Positions 9,318-18,316 of a stretch of DNA of 64,000 nt are shown here, piece by piece. The stretch covers positions 15,266-79,265 of the forward strand of contig WQRI01000001.1 in the NCBI GenBank assembly GCA_009786825.1, in the 5' to 3' direction. The translations under genes and the position numbers were made by a program. The notes under the pieces are model-generated. The model saw only the letters and a program-made list of their open reading frames with translations, was not told the origin of the DNA and did not search any database. Every line of letters begins with the position of its first letter. The stretch's first letter is position 1. This DNA comes from Bacillota bacterium. Its GTDB lineage: Bacteria; Bacillota; Clostridia; Christensenellales; WQRI01.

Positions 9318-9695
9318 TTACCTGCGCCTATGGTGTTCCGGTAAAATAGTCCAACTGTCTGGCGTTAGCGGTGTTGTTGTATAGCCCGCGCATACCGGCT
9401 TACAAATAACAGCCGGCGCCGGTGCAGGTCTGTAATAAAACCGCGGAGAAACAACCAAGTTTGGTGGCTGTATAACTTCTACAGTTCTGTTAAGATATGC
9501 CCTAAAGTTTTCGCCCGTAAGCCCCGCATACACACCACCACCCGCAACATCTACACTACCGCCTATCGCATCTACGTATATGCTTTCTGTAATTTCTAAA
9601 TTGCGTATAGATATTCCGCTATTTCCGCCCTCTATGTATTGAAGCATTTCTGCATCTATCTCTCTACCACTCGGCAGTATTAAATTGTTACCCAT
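9318..9695 (-). CDS. double-glycine-leader protein, cargo family 3
   Basis: Start moved to MGNNLILPSGREIDAEMLQYIEGG|NS (SD AAGGGG). The cargo SGISIRNLEITE...VDVAGGGV is paralogous to the gene at 10437 (SGITIRNIEIME...VQVGGAGV). Confidence 0.8.
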   Translation of the reverse strand: MGNNLILPSGREIDAEMLQYIEGGNSGISIRNLEITESIYVDAIGGSVDVAGGGVYAGLTGENFRAYLNRTVEVIQPPNLVVSPRFYYRPAPAPAVICKPVCAGYTTTPLTPDSWTILPEHHRRR

Positions 9696-9710
9696 ATTAA
9701 CCCCTTTTTT

Positions 9711-9897
9711 AAAATTACAAATTACAGTGTACAAATTACAAATATTTAACTCATTATTACCGCAACATTTGAACATCTCAGCGTTAGAAATTTTTATTAG
9801 TTTTATTATGTTAAATTATCAATTTGTAACTGTTCAAGCGCTTGGCATTTAGTGAGTTCAACATTTGTACATTGTAATTTGTTATTTGTTATTTGTT
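9711..9897. repeat. intergenic hairpin element, TGTACAAATTACAA arm flavour
   Basis: Left arm AAAATTACAAATTACAGTGTACAAATTACAAAT; right arm ACATTTGTACATTGTAATTTGTTATTTGTTATTTG. The interior contains ACTGTTCAAGCGCTTGGCA (core 2). Confidence 0.7.
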
Positions 9898-9900
9898 CAA

Positions 9901-10323
9901 CTACCTAAGCCCTAGCAAAGTAGAAGCCCACGCACAAGTCATATACCACCTACCCGGCGTAGAACCTGCGCCCGCCCTTACTGTACCGCTTGCGTGCGCC
10001 GAATACGGAACAATAACTAAAGTATGAATACCCCTAAGCAAATTGCCATTATGGTTTAAGCTACCAAGTGGTGTGCCTGCAAGTTGTTGCGCTAGCCCGC
10101 CCGGCGCATTTGTGCTTAGAGTTACAAAATTTATATCAGCGTTTGGTCGTAAGTCTGCAAACGAAGATACACCCGATAAACTAGCCCCGTGGCTTTGCAA
10201 GGTTGAACCTACTCTGTTTACTACGTTGCCCCAGTTAGCACAACCGCCTATTACATATTGCATTTGATTATATTCTATTTGGTTGCCACTATTTGGCACT
10301 ACTAATTTAGATACGTTTCTCAT
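9901..10323 (-). CDS. double-glycine-leader protein, cargo family 2
   Basis: Leader MRNVSKLVVPNSGNQIEYNQMQYVIGG|C. The cargo contains GGLAQQLAGTPLGSL (compare MFAGTPLSRL in the gene at 10988). Confidence 0.8.
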   Translation of the reverse strand: MRNVSKLVVPNSGNQIEYNQMQYVIGGCANWGNVVNRVGSTLQSHGASLSGVSSFADLRPNADINFVTLSTNAPGGLAQQLAGTPLGSLNHNGNLLRGIHTLVIVPYSAHASGTVRAGAGSTPGRWYMTCAWASTLLGLR

Positions 10324-10340
10324 TCTAAATTTCCCCCTGT

Positions 10341-10430
10341 GTAAATGTTCAATTTTAAATTTTCAATGTTAAATTATTGCGCGCTAGCGATGAAACCATT
10401 AAACATTTAACATTTACAATTTAACATTTT
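10341..10430. repeat. intergenic hairpin element (short form), TAAATGTTAAAT arm flavour
   Basis: GTAAATGTTCAATTTTAAATTTTCAATGTTAAATT - ATTGCGCGCTAGCGATGAAACC - ATTAAACATTTAACATTTACAATTTAACATTTT. Confidence 0.75.
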
Positions 10431-10436
10431 AAGACT

Positions 10437-10859
10437 TTATCTTGCCCAATTTATAGTACCCGGCGCTGCATTTCTGCCCGCGTATGTTCTGTACCACAAA
10501 TTAGTTGGTGTACAAACTGCCGCAACCGCTCTAGACGGCACTTGTACCGCTGGCTGTCTTACTGCCGCGTTAAAAGTAATTACTGGTTGAACCACTTGCG
10601 TTGCGCGTGGCGCTACATTTACTGTTCTCTCAACCCCTATTCTAAGCGTTCCACACGCTTGTAAAAAGTCTACGCTAACCCCCGCGCCACCAACCTGAAC
10701 ATTCATTCCTGGCGCGTTAATATCTAGGTCTTCCATTATTTCTATGTTGCGTATAGTTATGCCACTGCCGCCCTCTATGTACTGCATTTCGTTTACGCAG
10801 AGTTCGCTTCCCGTTGGTAGAACAAGCGCCCCCCATTCATTTTGCTTAACTTTTTGCAT
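10437..10859 (-). CDS. double-glycine-leader protein, cargo family 3
   Basis: Leader MQKVKQNEWGALVLPTGSELCVNEMQYIEGG|S. The SD is AAGGGGGA. Confidence 0.8.
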   Translation of the reverse strand: MQKVKQNEWGALVLPTGSELCVNEMQYIEGGSGITIRNIEIMEDLDINAPGMNVQVGGAGVSVDFLQACGTLRIGVERTVNVAPRATQVVQPVITFNAAVRQPAVQVPSRAVAAVCTPTNLWYRTYAGRNAAPGTINWAR

Positions 10860-10987
10860 AAGTTGTATCCCCCTTATCTAGTTTGTTTGTTTTGGGTATG
10901 TTAAATATTTTTTTAAGTTTGCCCCTTAAGTTTGCTCTTTCCCTATAAGCATTCTGTGGTTACTGCCTCTGTTACCACTTTACTCTA

Positions 10988-11371
10988 TTACCTTGTTATC
11001 CACATAAAAGTGTCGCCCCTAGAAACCACGCCCGCAGCCCTATCTGCGCGTATGTTTAAAACGCCCGGAGCATCAATTCTGCCCCTTGCTGCAGTATAAA
11101 TATTAAGTTTTTGGACTGAGCCTAGATTTTCTGGTGGCATAAGCCTTGATAGCGGTGTACCCGCAAACATTTGCTGTAGGCTGATAGATTGGTCGGGCGA
11201 CTCGACCGTTATTGTCGCACCGTGAGACGGTGTAAAGCCACGCGTGTGGTTACCTAAATAATTAATTGTTTGAACAACTTCCGTATACCAACTTCCGCCG
11301 ATAATGTTTTGTTGCTCAGACAAACTGGCTTCTCTGCCCTCTTGTGGCAAAACCAAATTAGATTTTTGCAT
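10988..11371 (-). CDS. double-glycine-leader protein, cargo family 2
   Basis: Leader MQKSNLVLPQEGREASLSEQQNIIGG|S. The SD is AAAAGGGGAAG. Confidence 0.8.
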   Translation of the reverse strand: MQKSNLVLPQEGREASLSEQQNIIGGSWYTEVVQTINYLGNHTRGFTPSHGATITVESPDQSISLQQMFAGTPLSRLMPPENLGSVQKLNIYTAARGRIDAPGVLNIRADRAAGVVSRGDTFMWITR

Positions 11372-11676
11372 TTTTTCTTCCCCTTTTTGTTTTGTTATAT
11401 GTGCCTAGCGCCCCGCATCTCAGTTTTAGGTTTTCCAGTTTTCGTTTTTAAAGCCCTACCTTTTAAGCGCCACTCGTATTATATATTATATGTGTTTGCT
11501 TCGCGTTTGATTAATTTTTATGCGTTTGTTCATAAATTTGCCGTGTCTGCAATTTTTATGTAACAAAGAAAGCCCATCTTTCAATAAATGAAAATAATGC
11601 ACAAGACTTTTGCCCCCTTAGCATAAACCTTGTACATTATTTTAACATATTTTACTAAATTTAGCAAGTGTTTTTT

Positions 11677-11710
11677 ACAATTTTAACAAATTTTTATTTG
11701 TTAAAATTGT
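11677..11710. promoter_or_regulatory. 34-bp perfect palindrome (candidate operator) inside the array's only long gap
   Basis: ACAATTTTAACAAA-TTTTTA-TTTGTTAAAATTGT (14-bp arms). Confidence 0.35.
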
Positions 11711-11760
11711 TAATAGTTTTTTAACAATTGCAGAAAGCGCCTATTAGAAAAAATTACAAA

Positions 11761-11789
11761 GGGCGGCTTCATATTTTCTGAAGCCGCCC
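11761..11789 (-). terminator. rho-independent terminator after the gene at 11877-12209
   Basis: GGGCGGCTTC-loop-GAAGCCGCCC, followed on the minus strand by TTTGTAATTTTTT. Confidence 0.7.
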
Positions 11790-11876
11790 ATTGTATTTTT
11801 TGTAATTTTGTTTTTTAGTATTTGCGTTTTTTTGGTGATACTAATTTGTTTTTAAGTTCTTAGTATGATGTTTGCT

Positions 11877-12209
11877 TTAGCGCCTTGTAATTGGGCTTAG
11901 AGTTCCGTTTTGGTATATCCAGCCGTCTTCGTTTCTTGTTGCTATTCTGTGGGCGTGTAGAATATTGCCCTCGCCATCGAACCTTGCGTGCATTAATTGC
12001 GCCCCGCGCCAGTCTCTTATTACGTGTGAGGCTCTGCCTGCTTGGTTTACCGCCCAGCCAGGTCTTCTGTTTGCTTTGTCTGATAGGCGTTCCCACTCTG
12101 CTGCTACAAAGTTGCTTACTTCATTACTTCCGCCCTCTAACTCTTGCATTGCGTACTCATCAAGTTCTTCGCCAAACTCTGGCAAGTGTAATTTAAATTT
12201 CCTAGACAT
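11877..12209 (-). CDS. double-glycine-leader protein, cargo family 4
   Basis: Start moved to MSRKFKLHLPEFGEELDEYAMQELEGG|S (SD AGGGGAGGA). The cargo block FVAAEWERLSDKA..PGW is paralogous to the next three genes. Confidence 0.8.
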   Translation of the reverse strand: MSRKFKLHLPEFGEELDEYAMQELEGGSNEVSNFVAAEWERLSDKANRRPGWAVNQAGRASHVIRDWRGAQLMHARFDGEGNILHAHRIATRNEDGWIYQNGTLSPITRR

Positions 12210-12365
12210 AATATGTCCTCCCCTTTTGGATATGTAAATTCTTTTACACACCCAGCATTTTATAAATATTTTTGTTATTTACTTTAATTTTGTGGTAGGC
12301 TTATTTTAGCCCAACTATAAATTAACCTAACTATCTATTAAACTAACTATCAATTCAACTATCCG

Positions 12366-12704
12366 TTAGTTGAAATTTGGTGGTTGCAATGTAAACTTAC
12401 CATTAGAGTAAGCCCAACTCTCTTTTTTGTTGCTGTATTTTGTGGCGTTTAAAATGCGCCCGCTCTCGTTTGCAATTGCTTTAAACATAAGCCCTTTTTC
12501 ATCTTTAATAGAGGTTTTAATCTCACCCCAAACTTCATCGTGGTCTACAGAAAGTGTCCAACCGCTGTTGCTCTTCGCCGCCGCGCTAAGCCTTGTAAAC
12601 TCTGCCATTACAAAAGCACTATCGCACCCACCTACCACTTGTTGCATTTGTGAGTTTTGCATTTCCTTTCCCTCTTTTGGCAAAACCAAATTTGTTTTTT
12701 CCAT
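12366..12704 (-). CDS. double-glycine-leader protein, cargo family 4
   Basis: Start moved to MEKTNLVLPKEGKEMQNSQMQQVVGG|C (SD CAGGGGGAA). Cargo block FVMAEFTRLSAAAKSNSGW. Confidence 0.8.
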   Translation of the reverse strand: MEKTNLVLPKEGKEMQNSQMQQVVGGCDSAFVMAEFTRLSAAAKSNSGWTLSVDHDEVWGEIKTSIKDEKGLMFKAIANESGRILNATKYSNKKESWAYSNGKFTLQPPNFN

Positions 12705-12888
12705 AAGTAATTCCCCCTGACACATTATCTTAAAATATTTTGTTTAATATTATCAGTTCTAAGTTGTGTTGAATGATGGTGCGCAGGTACGTAAATTTTT
12801 TGACCTTGTGACTACGCCCGCACGCACACTGCTGAATGCTACCTTAAAACTGCGGAGGCACTCAGACAAAAAATTTACATATCAAGCA

Positions 12889-13239
12889 CTAGACATTGGT
12901 TGTTGGCGTAAACTGCCCATCTACATATATCCAGTTTTGTTTTGCGTTGCTTTGCTTTTTGCTGTTGCGCATTTGCGCGCTTATAACACAGCCCGAGTCT
13001 GTGCTTCTATGTATACCAAACATAAAGCCTTTGCCATCTTGAATTTGTGTGTGGACAGTAGCCCCGCCAAAAAACATTTTTCTATCTATGCTCCAGCCGT
13101 CTGTATTTGATGCTATCTCGCTTAGTCGAAGGTATTCAGACACTACGTAAGCATCACTTCCCCCTTCTACCCTTTGCATTTGCTTGTTACTTAATTCTTT
13201 ACCCAAGTTTGGTAAAATCAAATTAGTTGTTTTAGACAT
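12889..13239 (-). CDS. double-glycine-leader protein, cargo family 4
   Basis: Leader MSKTTNLILPNLGKELSNKQMQRVEGG|S. Cargo block YVVSEYLRLSEIASNTDGW ... VISAQMRNSKKQSNAKQNW. Confidence 0.8.
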   Translation of the reverse strand: MSKTTNLILPNLGKELSNKQMQRVEGGSDAYVVSEYLRLSEIASNTDGWSIDRKMFFGGATVHTQIQDGKGFMFGIHRSTDSGCVISAQMRNSKKQSNAKQNWIYVDGQFTPTTNV

Positions 13240-13442
13240 AATTTTTCCCCTTGTTTTTTTCGTGTACGTAAACGAATGCCTTACGCCCTTTTATTTGTTT
13301 TTTCGTTTTTTCTTATTTTGTTTTTTCTCGTACGTAAACGAATGCTTTACGTTTTTGTTTTAGTTATTTGTTTTGTGACTTAATCTTTACGTTTTAGGTT
13401 TTGATTTCTGTTTGTTTTTCGAAGTTGCCTATATAAGATAAC

Positions 13443-13790
13443 CTACATAGGTGTTACAATAAACGAGCCGCCTAAGTAATCCCAATTTTGATTAACATCG
13501 CTTGGCTTACTTGCGTTTACCATTTGTGCGCTTACTACATCGCCATTTTTGCTACACGTTTGCATACTAAATAAAAAACTTTTTCCATCACTTATTTCTG
13601 TATGCACAATGTTGCCCCTAGAAGTTGTAACCTTGTCGAATCTCCAGCCCGGCGTATTTACAGCAACTTCACTAAGCCTTGCGTACTCTGCCGTAATAAA
13701 ACTGCTATCGCTTCCGCCACTTATGCCCTCTAGTTGCGTATCACTTACTTCTCGCCCGCCCTCTGGTAAAATTAAATTAGTTTTTTCCAT
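13443..13790 (-). CDS. double-glycine-leader protein, cargo family 4 (first gene of the array)
   Basis: Leader MEKTNLILPEGGREVSDTQLEGISGG|S. Cargo block FITAEYARLSEVAVNTPGW ... VVSAQMVNASKPSDVNQNW. Confidence 0.8.
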   Translation of the reverse strand: MEKTNLILPEGGREVSDTQLEGISGGSDSSFITAEYARLSEVAVNTPGWRFDKVTTSRGNIVHTEISDGKSFLFSMQTCSKNGDVVSAQMVNASKPSDVNQNWDYLGGSFIVTPM

Positions 13791-13890
13791 TTCTCGTATC
13801 CCCCTTATTTGTTCTTTTGTTTGTTTGATTTTGATTTTTGTTTCTTTTGTTTTTCGAATTGCTTAAACCGAATATTTAAACTATATTTGT

Positions 13891-13919
13891 ATTCTATCAC
13901 AAATAAAAATAAAAAGCAA
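13891..13919 (-). promoter_or_regulatory. candidate sigma-A promoter for the double-glycine array
   Basis: The minus strand reads TTGCTT-17 nt-TAGAAT with a TG-extended -10 (TGATAGAAT), about 100 nt upstream of the ATG at 13790. Confidence 0.4.
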
Positions 13920-14043
13920 CTGTTTTTAACAACTTTTTCATATTTTTTCACATTTTTTTCACAACTATTTTCTTGTGCTATTCTTGCCTGTTAAAACCAA
14001 ATCTCTAAAACTACCGGCTTAATGAAAATTATTTGTTAACTTA

Positions 14044-14072
14044 TTGACTTCTTTTGGTTTTTGGTGTATACT
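14044..14072 (+). promoter_or_regulatory. candidate sigma-A promoter of the ParE-type TA operon
   Basis: TTGACT-17 nt-TATACT, then the SD GTGGGGG and the ATG at 14105. Confidence 0.55.
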
Positions 14073-14104
14073 ATTAGCATACAAAAAATAGTGGGGGCGA
14101 TAAA

Positions 14105-14365
14105 ATGAAAACAAACAAAAAACAATTTGCAAACGACCTTAAGCAACTTATGGCTAGTTATAGTATTACAAACTCTGACTTGGTAACAATTATTAAAACT
14201 AGTCTACTGACTTCCGACGAGGCTGAACTTTTATCTATTTTGCAAGATGAAACTTTTAACGAATTTTTGCTTGCTAAGGCAGAAAAGGGTATACACGACT
14301 TCGAGCTTGGTAAATATGTAGAATACTCGTTTGATTCTTTAAATGAGAGGTACGGTATTAAATAA
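14105..14365 (+). CDS. putative antitoxin of the ParE-family toxin
   Basis: An 86-aa acidic protein. Its stop overlaps the toxin ATG (TAATG). This is a position-based call. Confidence 0.55.
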   Translation: MKTNKKQFANDLKQLMASYSITNSDLVTIIKTSLLTSDEAELLSILQDETFNEFLLAKAEKGIHDFELGKYVEYSFDSLNERYGIK

Positions 14366-14691
14366 TGAAGCAAACTGTATTAACAGACGAAGCCCTTGCC
14401 GACATAGATAGCATTTATAACTACATTGCTTTAGACAGCGTAAATATTGCCTCTAAGCAAGTTACAAAAATTAACCTACAAATAAAAAAAGTTTCTGAAA
14501 ACCCAAACATCTATCCTATTGTGGAAGGGCATTCTGATAGGTTTGAAAATTTGAGAAAGTCGGTAATAAACCCATACATTATTTTATTTGATAACAGAGC
14601 CGATTTAATTGTTATAGTGGGCGTTGTTCATACAAAGCGAGATTACAAAAAGATATCAAAACAAAGAAAAACGCCAAAACAGTATACATAA
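14365..14691 (+). CDS. type II toxin, RelE/ParE family (ParE-like)
   Basis: LTDEALADIDSIYNYIALDS...A...V..I...I..VSENPNIYP ... VIVGVVHTKRDY is the typical ParE layout. Confidence 0.7.
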   Translation: MKQTVLTDEALADIDSIYNYIALDSVNIASKQVTKINLQIKKVSENPNIYPIVEGHSDRFENLRKSVINPYIILFDNRADLIVIVGVVHTKRDYKKISKQRKTPKQYT

Positions 14692-14698
14692 ATTTTAA

Positions 14699-14732
14699 AT
14701 ACTTCGGTAACATCTGCCGAAGTATTTTTTTA
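14699..14732. terminator. bidirectional terminator between the TA operon and the lipid-kinase gene
   Basis: ATACTTCGG-TAACATCTG-CCGAAGTAT followed by TTTTTTT. Confidence 0.7.
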
Positions 14733-14753
14733 GAAAGTTGTTTTAGCGGTTTG

Positions 14754-15722
14754 CTAGGCGGTGTTTTCGCCTACTATTAGCCTTATGTGTTTTGGAAGTA
14801 CTTTTATTTCTATGTTGTTGCTTTTGTTTAGGGTTTTAGATTTTTCGCCATCTATAGACCAGTTGGCGTTTTGGGTTTTTATTTTTAGGTTAGATGTTGT
14901 TGTTCTGCTTAGATTTTTTGTGTAAAAGTCGCCTTCTATTTTTGCGAAGCGTAAAAACATTAGAGCAGATGCGACAGACAAAAATTTTCTGATTTTGTTG
15001 TTGCTTGTTTTTTTAACTAGTATTAGTTGTGCGCTTCCGCTATCGTGCTTGTAGCCTCTGTTTATTTTAGCGCCCGCAACGTGCTTAGAATTTAAAACTA
15101 GTAGAAGGGAAGCGCCCTTTGAAGCGCTTGCCATATTTGTGTTATCTTTTAACTCTATGCTTTCTATATCAAGCCCTTTAATGTGCTTGTTAATATTAAG
15201 CGCACCCAAAAAATATGCCAGTCGCCCTATGCGGTTTTTTTTGTTTTGGCACGTTTTATAGCCTATAGACACTAAACTTCCTGCCCCCACAGCATACACG
15301 GCGTAAACTTCGTTTATTTTAAGCGCGTCTATCTCTAGCGCCTTTTTGCTGGCTATACCATTTTCTATAATCTCTAGCGCGCGCAATATGTTTCGCGGCA
15401 GTTTAAAGTTAGAGGCAATATCGCACGTTGTTCCGCTTGGTATGTAGCCCAAAATGGGACTAGGCTTATAGCAGGCTATGCCGTTTACAATCTCGTTAAA
15501 TGTGCCATCTCCCCCGCCAAAAATTATATATTCGTACCTACCACAAGCCTCTTTAGCAAACTCTAGGGCATCGCCCTTTTTGCTGGTCTCTTTAACATCT
15601 ACTTTGCCAAAGCGCTTGTTAAGCCTTATAATAATAAGCCCTAACCTTTTTTTTATTCGCCCCCTACCTGCAACAGGGTTGTATATAAATATAGCATTAC
15701 TTGGTGAATTGTATATAATCAT
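14754..15722 (-). CDS. diacylglycerol-kinase-family lipid kinase (YegS/DagK-like)
   Basis: IFIYNPVAGRGR ... YIIFGGGDGTFNEIVNGI ... LGYIPSGTTCDIA. Confidence 0.8.
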   Translation of the reverse strand: MIIYNSPSNAIFIYNPVAGRGRIKKRLGLIIIRLNKRFGKVDVKETSKKGDALEFAKEACGRYEYIIFGGGDGTFNEIVNGIACYKPSPILGYIPSGTTCDIASNFKLPRNILRALEIIENGIASKKALEIDALKINEVYAVYAVGAGSLVSIGYKTCQNKKNRIGRLAYFLGALNINKHIKGLDIESIELKDNTNMASASKGASLLLVLNSKHVAGAKINRGYKHDSGSAQLILVKKTSNNKIRKFLSVASALMFLRFAKIEGDFYTKNLSRTTTSNLKIKTQNANWSIDGEKSKTLNKSNNIEIKVLPKHIRLIVGENTA

Positions 15723-15814
15723 ACATTTAGTATTAACCGCCCGCCTAGTTATTATACGCAGAGCGCGCGCTACTACTACATTATATGCAAAACCACGAAC
15801 AAAGGCAATGTGCT

Positions 15815-15982
15815 AATGTTAAATTTTAAATGTTAAATGTTGAATGATTTCACCCGCTGTCGCGGAAAAAGCAAAACGAAAATTATATGCAAACAGCCCG
15901 CAATTATTACTGCGGGCTGTTCAAACGTTGTATCGTTAATGAATTAAACCATTAAAAATTTACCATTTAACATTTAACATTA
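15815..15982. repeat. intergenic hairpin element, TAAATGTTAAAT flavour, variant core
   Basis: Arms AATGTTAAATTTTAAATGTTAAATGTTGAATG and CCATTAAAAATTTACCATTTAACATTTAACATTA. The core holds TTTCACCCGCTGTCGCGG and a CAGCCCGCA..TGCGGGCTG hairpin, followed by TTCAAACG. Confidence 0.75.
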
Positions 15983-15986
15983 GATA

Positions 15987-18161
15987 CTAAATATCAAACA
16001 ACAACTCTACGTACGTAGGTATTGGCCAATGCTTTTTTGCAACTAACAACTCAAGTTCATCTGCCGCTTCCCTAAGTTCTACCATAAGTGGCACTATTTC
16101 GTCCTTGTAAAAAGTTGCAACACTTATTGGGTCAGAGCCTTTTTGGCTTGCCTCCTCTGTTTTTGCTTGTGCTTGCTCTAGCAAAATCTCAACTTCGTTT
16201 GTCACATTATAAAGCAGGCTTGTTAGGTTAGATATATTGTCTAGCAAGTCTTCTTCTGCGCAAACTGGGAAGTATGTGTCTTGTGCCTCTAAGCCCACTT
16301 CTTCTTTTTGCCCACCAAAAAACTTATCTAGTTTAAACTTTAGCCTTAAAAGTTCTGCTAACTCTTTTTGATATTGAAGCGCTGCTGGAAGTATTAGTTG
16401 GCGCGCCATATCAACCATACAAAGCGCCTCTATATTTAACTGCATACAGTAGCCTTCTACAAGTATGTTATACCTAGCAAGCAACTCTTCGCGGCTTAGT
16501 ACGCTATGCTTTGTAAACAGCCCAACCGCCTTTTTATCTTTATAAGCGGCAAGTGCTTCCGGCGTGGTTTTTAAGTTAGATAGCCCTCTCTGTGAAGCCT
16601 CTGCTTGCCACTCTTCCGCGTAGCCATCGCCGTTAAAGATAATGCGCTTGTGCTTTGTGTAGGTTTCTTTTATTAGGGCTGCTAAGTCTTGCTTGAAGTT
16701 TTTAGACTTCTCTAACTTATCTGCAAACTCTCTTAAAATTTCTGCAACCGCTGTGTTTATGATAGTTGTAGGACCAGCCGCACTAAAACTAGAGCCTAAC
16801 ATTCTGAACTCGAACTTGTTACCCGTAAACGCGAACGGCGACGTTCTGTTTCTGTCTGTGCTGTCTTTAGGGATTGGCGGAAGCACAGTTGTGCCAATTT
16901 CCATTTGCATTTTTTTCTTGCCTTTGTATGCGCTACCTAACTCTATCGCCTCTAAAACTTCTGCAAGCTCTGTGCCTATAAATACGCTTATGATAGCAGG
17001 TGGCGCTTCGTGTCCACCTAGGCGGTGGTCGTTACCAGCAGAGGCTGAACTAGCCCTTAATAAGTCTTGATACTCATCTATTGCTTTTACGATTGCCACC
17101 AAAAACAGTAAAAATTGCGCGTTGTCGTACGGCGTCTCACCCGGCTCTAAAAGGTTTGCGCCATCATAGGTTGCTAAAGACCAATTTATGTGCTTACCAC
17201 TTCCGTTAACATCTTTAAACGGCTTTTCGTGAAGCAAGCAAGCAAGCCCGTGCTTGCGCGCAAGATTTTTTAGAAGTTCCATTGTGATTTGGTTGTCGTC
17301 CGTTGCCAAATTTGCAGAAGTGTAAACTGGCGCAAACTCGTACTGACCGGGCGCAACTTCGTTATGCCTTGTTTTTGCAAAAACGCCCAACTTCCACAAC
17401 TTCTCATCTAACTCTTGCATAAACTTTAAAACGCGCGGCTTGATAGCACCAAAATAATGGTCGGACATCTCCTGACCCTTTGGCGGGCGCGCACCAAAAA
17501 CTGTTCTGCCTGCAAGACGTAGGTCAATACGCTTGTTGTAAAGCTCGCGGTCTACTAAAAAGTACTCTTGCTCTGGACCAACACTTACATCTACACGCTT
17601 TGGGCTTTTGTCGAACAACTTTAGTATGCGAAGGGCTTGCTTGTTTATAGTGTCCATACTTCTTAAAAGCGGCGTTTTCATATCTAGCGCGTGTCCGCCG
17701 TAAGAGCAATAAGCGGTTGGGATATACAGCGTGTTGTTTTTTATAAAAGCCGGGCTTGTCGTATCCCAAACTGTGTAGCCACGCGCCTCGAACGTTACGC
17801 GCAGGCCTCCGTGTGGAAAACTTGAAGCATCAGGCTCGCCCTTTACAAGTTCTTTGCCCGAAAACTCCATAATGACTTTGTCGTTAGACTGCGGGCTTAT
17901 AAAAGCCTCGTGCTTTTCTGCCGTTATGCCCGTTAGTGGCTGAAACCAATGAGTAAAGTGCGTAGCACCTTTTTCTACCGCCCACTCTTTCATAGCAGCA
18001 GCCACAACATTAGCCACGCTTAACTCTAGCCTACCGCCCTCTAGTTTGGTTTTTTGTAGTGCCTTGTAAATGTCCTTCGGAAGACGCTCTTTCATAACAC
18101 TATCAGAGAATACTCTCTCCCCAAAGACAGCGGGGATATTTTTGTTTTTTGCAATTTTCAT
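15987..18161 (-). CDS. glnN: glutamine synthetase, type III
   Basis: 724 aa. The N-terminus [23 protein letters not shown]...[12 protein letters not shown] and the length fit GS-III. The SD is AGGAGGG. Confidence 0.9.
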   Translation of the reverse strand: MKIAKNKNIPAVFGERVFSDSVMKERLPKDIYKALQKTKLEGGRLELSVANVVAAAMKEWAVEKGATHFTHWFQPLTGITAEKHEAFISPQSNDKVIMEFSGKELVKGEPDASSFPHGGLRVTFEARGYTVWDTTSPAFIKNNTLYIPTAYCSYGGHALDMKTPLLRSMDTINKQALRILKLFDKSPKRVDVSVGPEQEYFLVDRELYNKRIDLRLAGRTVFGARPPKGQEMSDHYFGAIKPRVLKFMQELDEKLWKLGVFAKTRHNEVAPGQYEFAPVYTSANLATDDNQITMELLKNLARKHGLACLLHEKPFKDVNGSGKHINWSLATYDGANLLEPGETPYDNAQFLLFLVAIVKAIDEYQDLLRASSASAGNDHRLGGHEAPPAIISVFIGTELAEVLEAIELGSAYKGKKKMQMEIGTTVLPPIPKDSTDRNRTSPFAFTGNKFEFRMLGSSFSAAGPTTIINTAVAEILREFADKLEKSKNFKQDLAALIKETYTKHKRIIFNGDGYAEEWQAEASQRGLSNLKTTPEALAAYKDKKAVGLFTKHSVLSREELLARYNILVEGYCMQLNIEALCMVDMARQLILPAALQYQKELAELLRLKFKLDKFFGGQKEEVGLEAQDTYFPVCAEEDLLDNISNLTSLLYNVTNEVEILLEQAQAKTEEASQKGSDPISVATFYKDEIVPLMVELREAADELELLVAKKHWPIPTYVELLFDI

Positions 18162-18174
18162 TGCGCCCTCCTTT

Positions 18175-18311
18175 TTAATGTTAAATTTTTAATTTTAAAT
18201 GTTTAATGGCTTTGCCCGCTTAAAGCGGTATAGGTTGATTTGCCAACCACTTCACTAAAACGCTTGTGTCAGCCTGCAAACATTTAAAATTTAACATTTA
18301 AAATTTAAAAT
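18175..18311. repeat. intergenic hairpin element, TAAATGTTAAAT flavour, variant core
   Basis: Arms TTAATGTTAAATTTTTAATTTTAAATGTTTAATGG and CAAACATTTAAAATTTAACATTTAAAATTTAAAATT. The core is GCCCGCTTAAAGCGG. Confidence 0.75.
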
Positions 18312-18316
18312 TGGTC

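Noticed and set aside
11860-12251. Multiple overlapping ORFs on both strands around 11.86-12.25 kb, and the longer N-terminal extensions of the array genes in the ORF track
   Set aside because: Only the frame with the conserved double-glycine leader and SD (11877-12209) is supported by paralogy. The other frames are Arg/Leu-rich shadows. The upstream Met and alternative-start extensions lack SDs and run into repeat arms.
7519-13790. The conserved L-P-x-x-G in the leaders as a sortase LPXTG signal
   Set aside because: The motif is N-terminal, lacks the Thr, and is not followed by a hydrophobic anchor with a basic tail. It is better read as part of the export leader.
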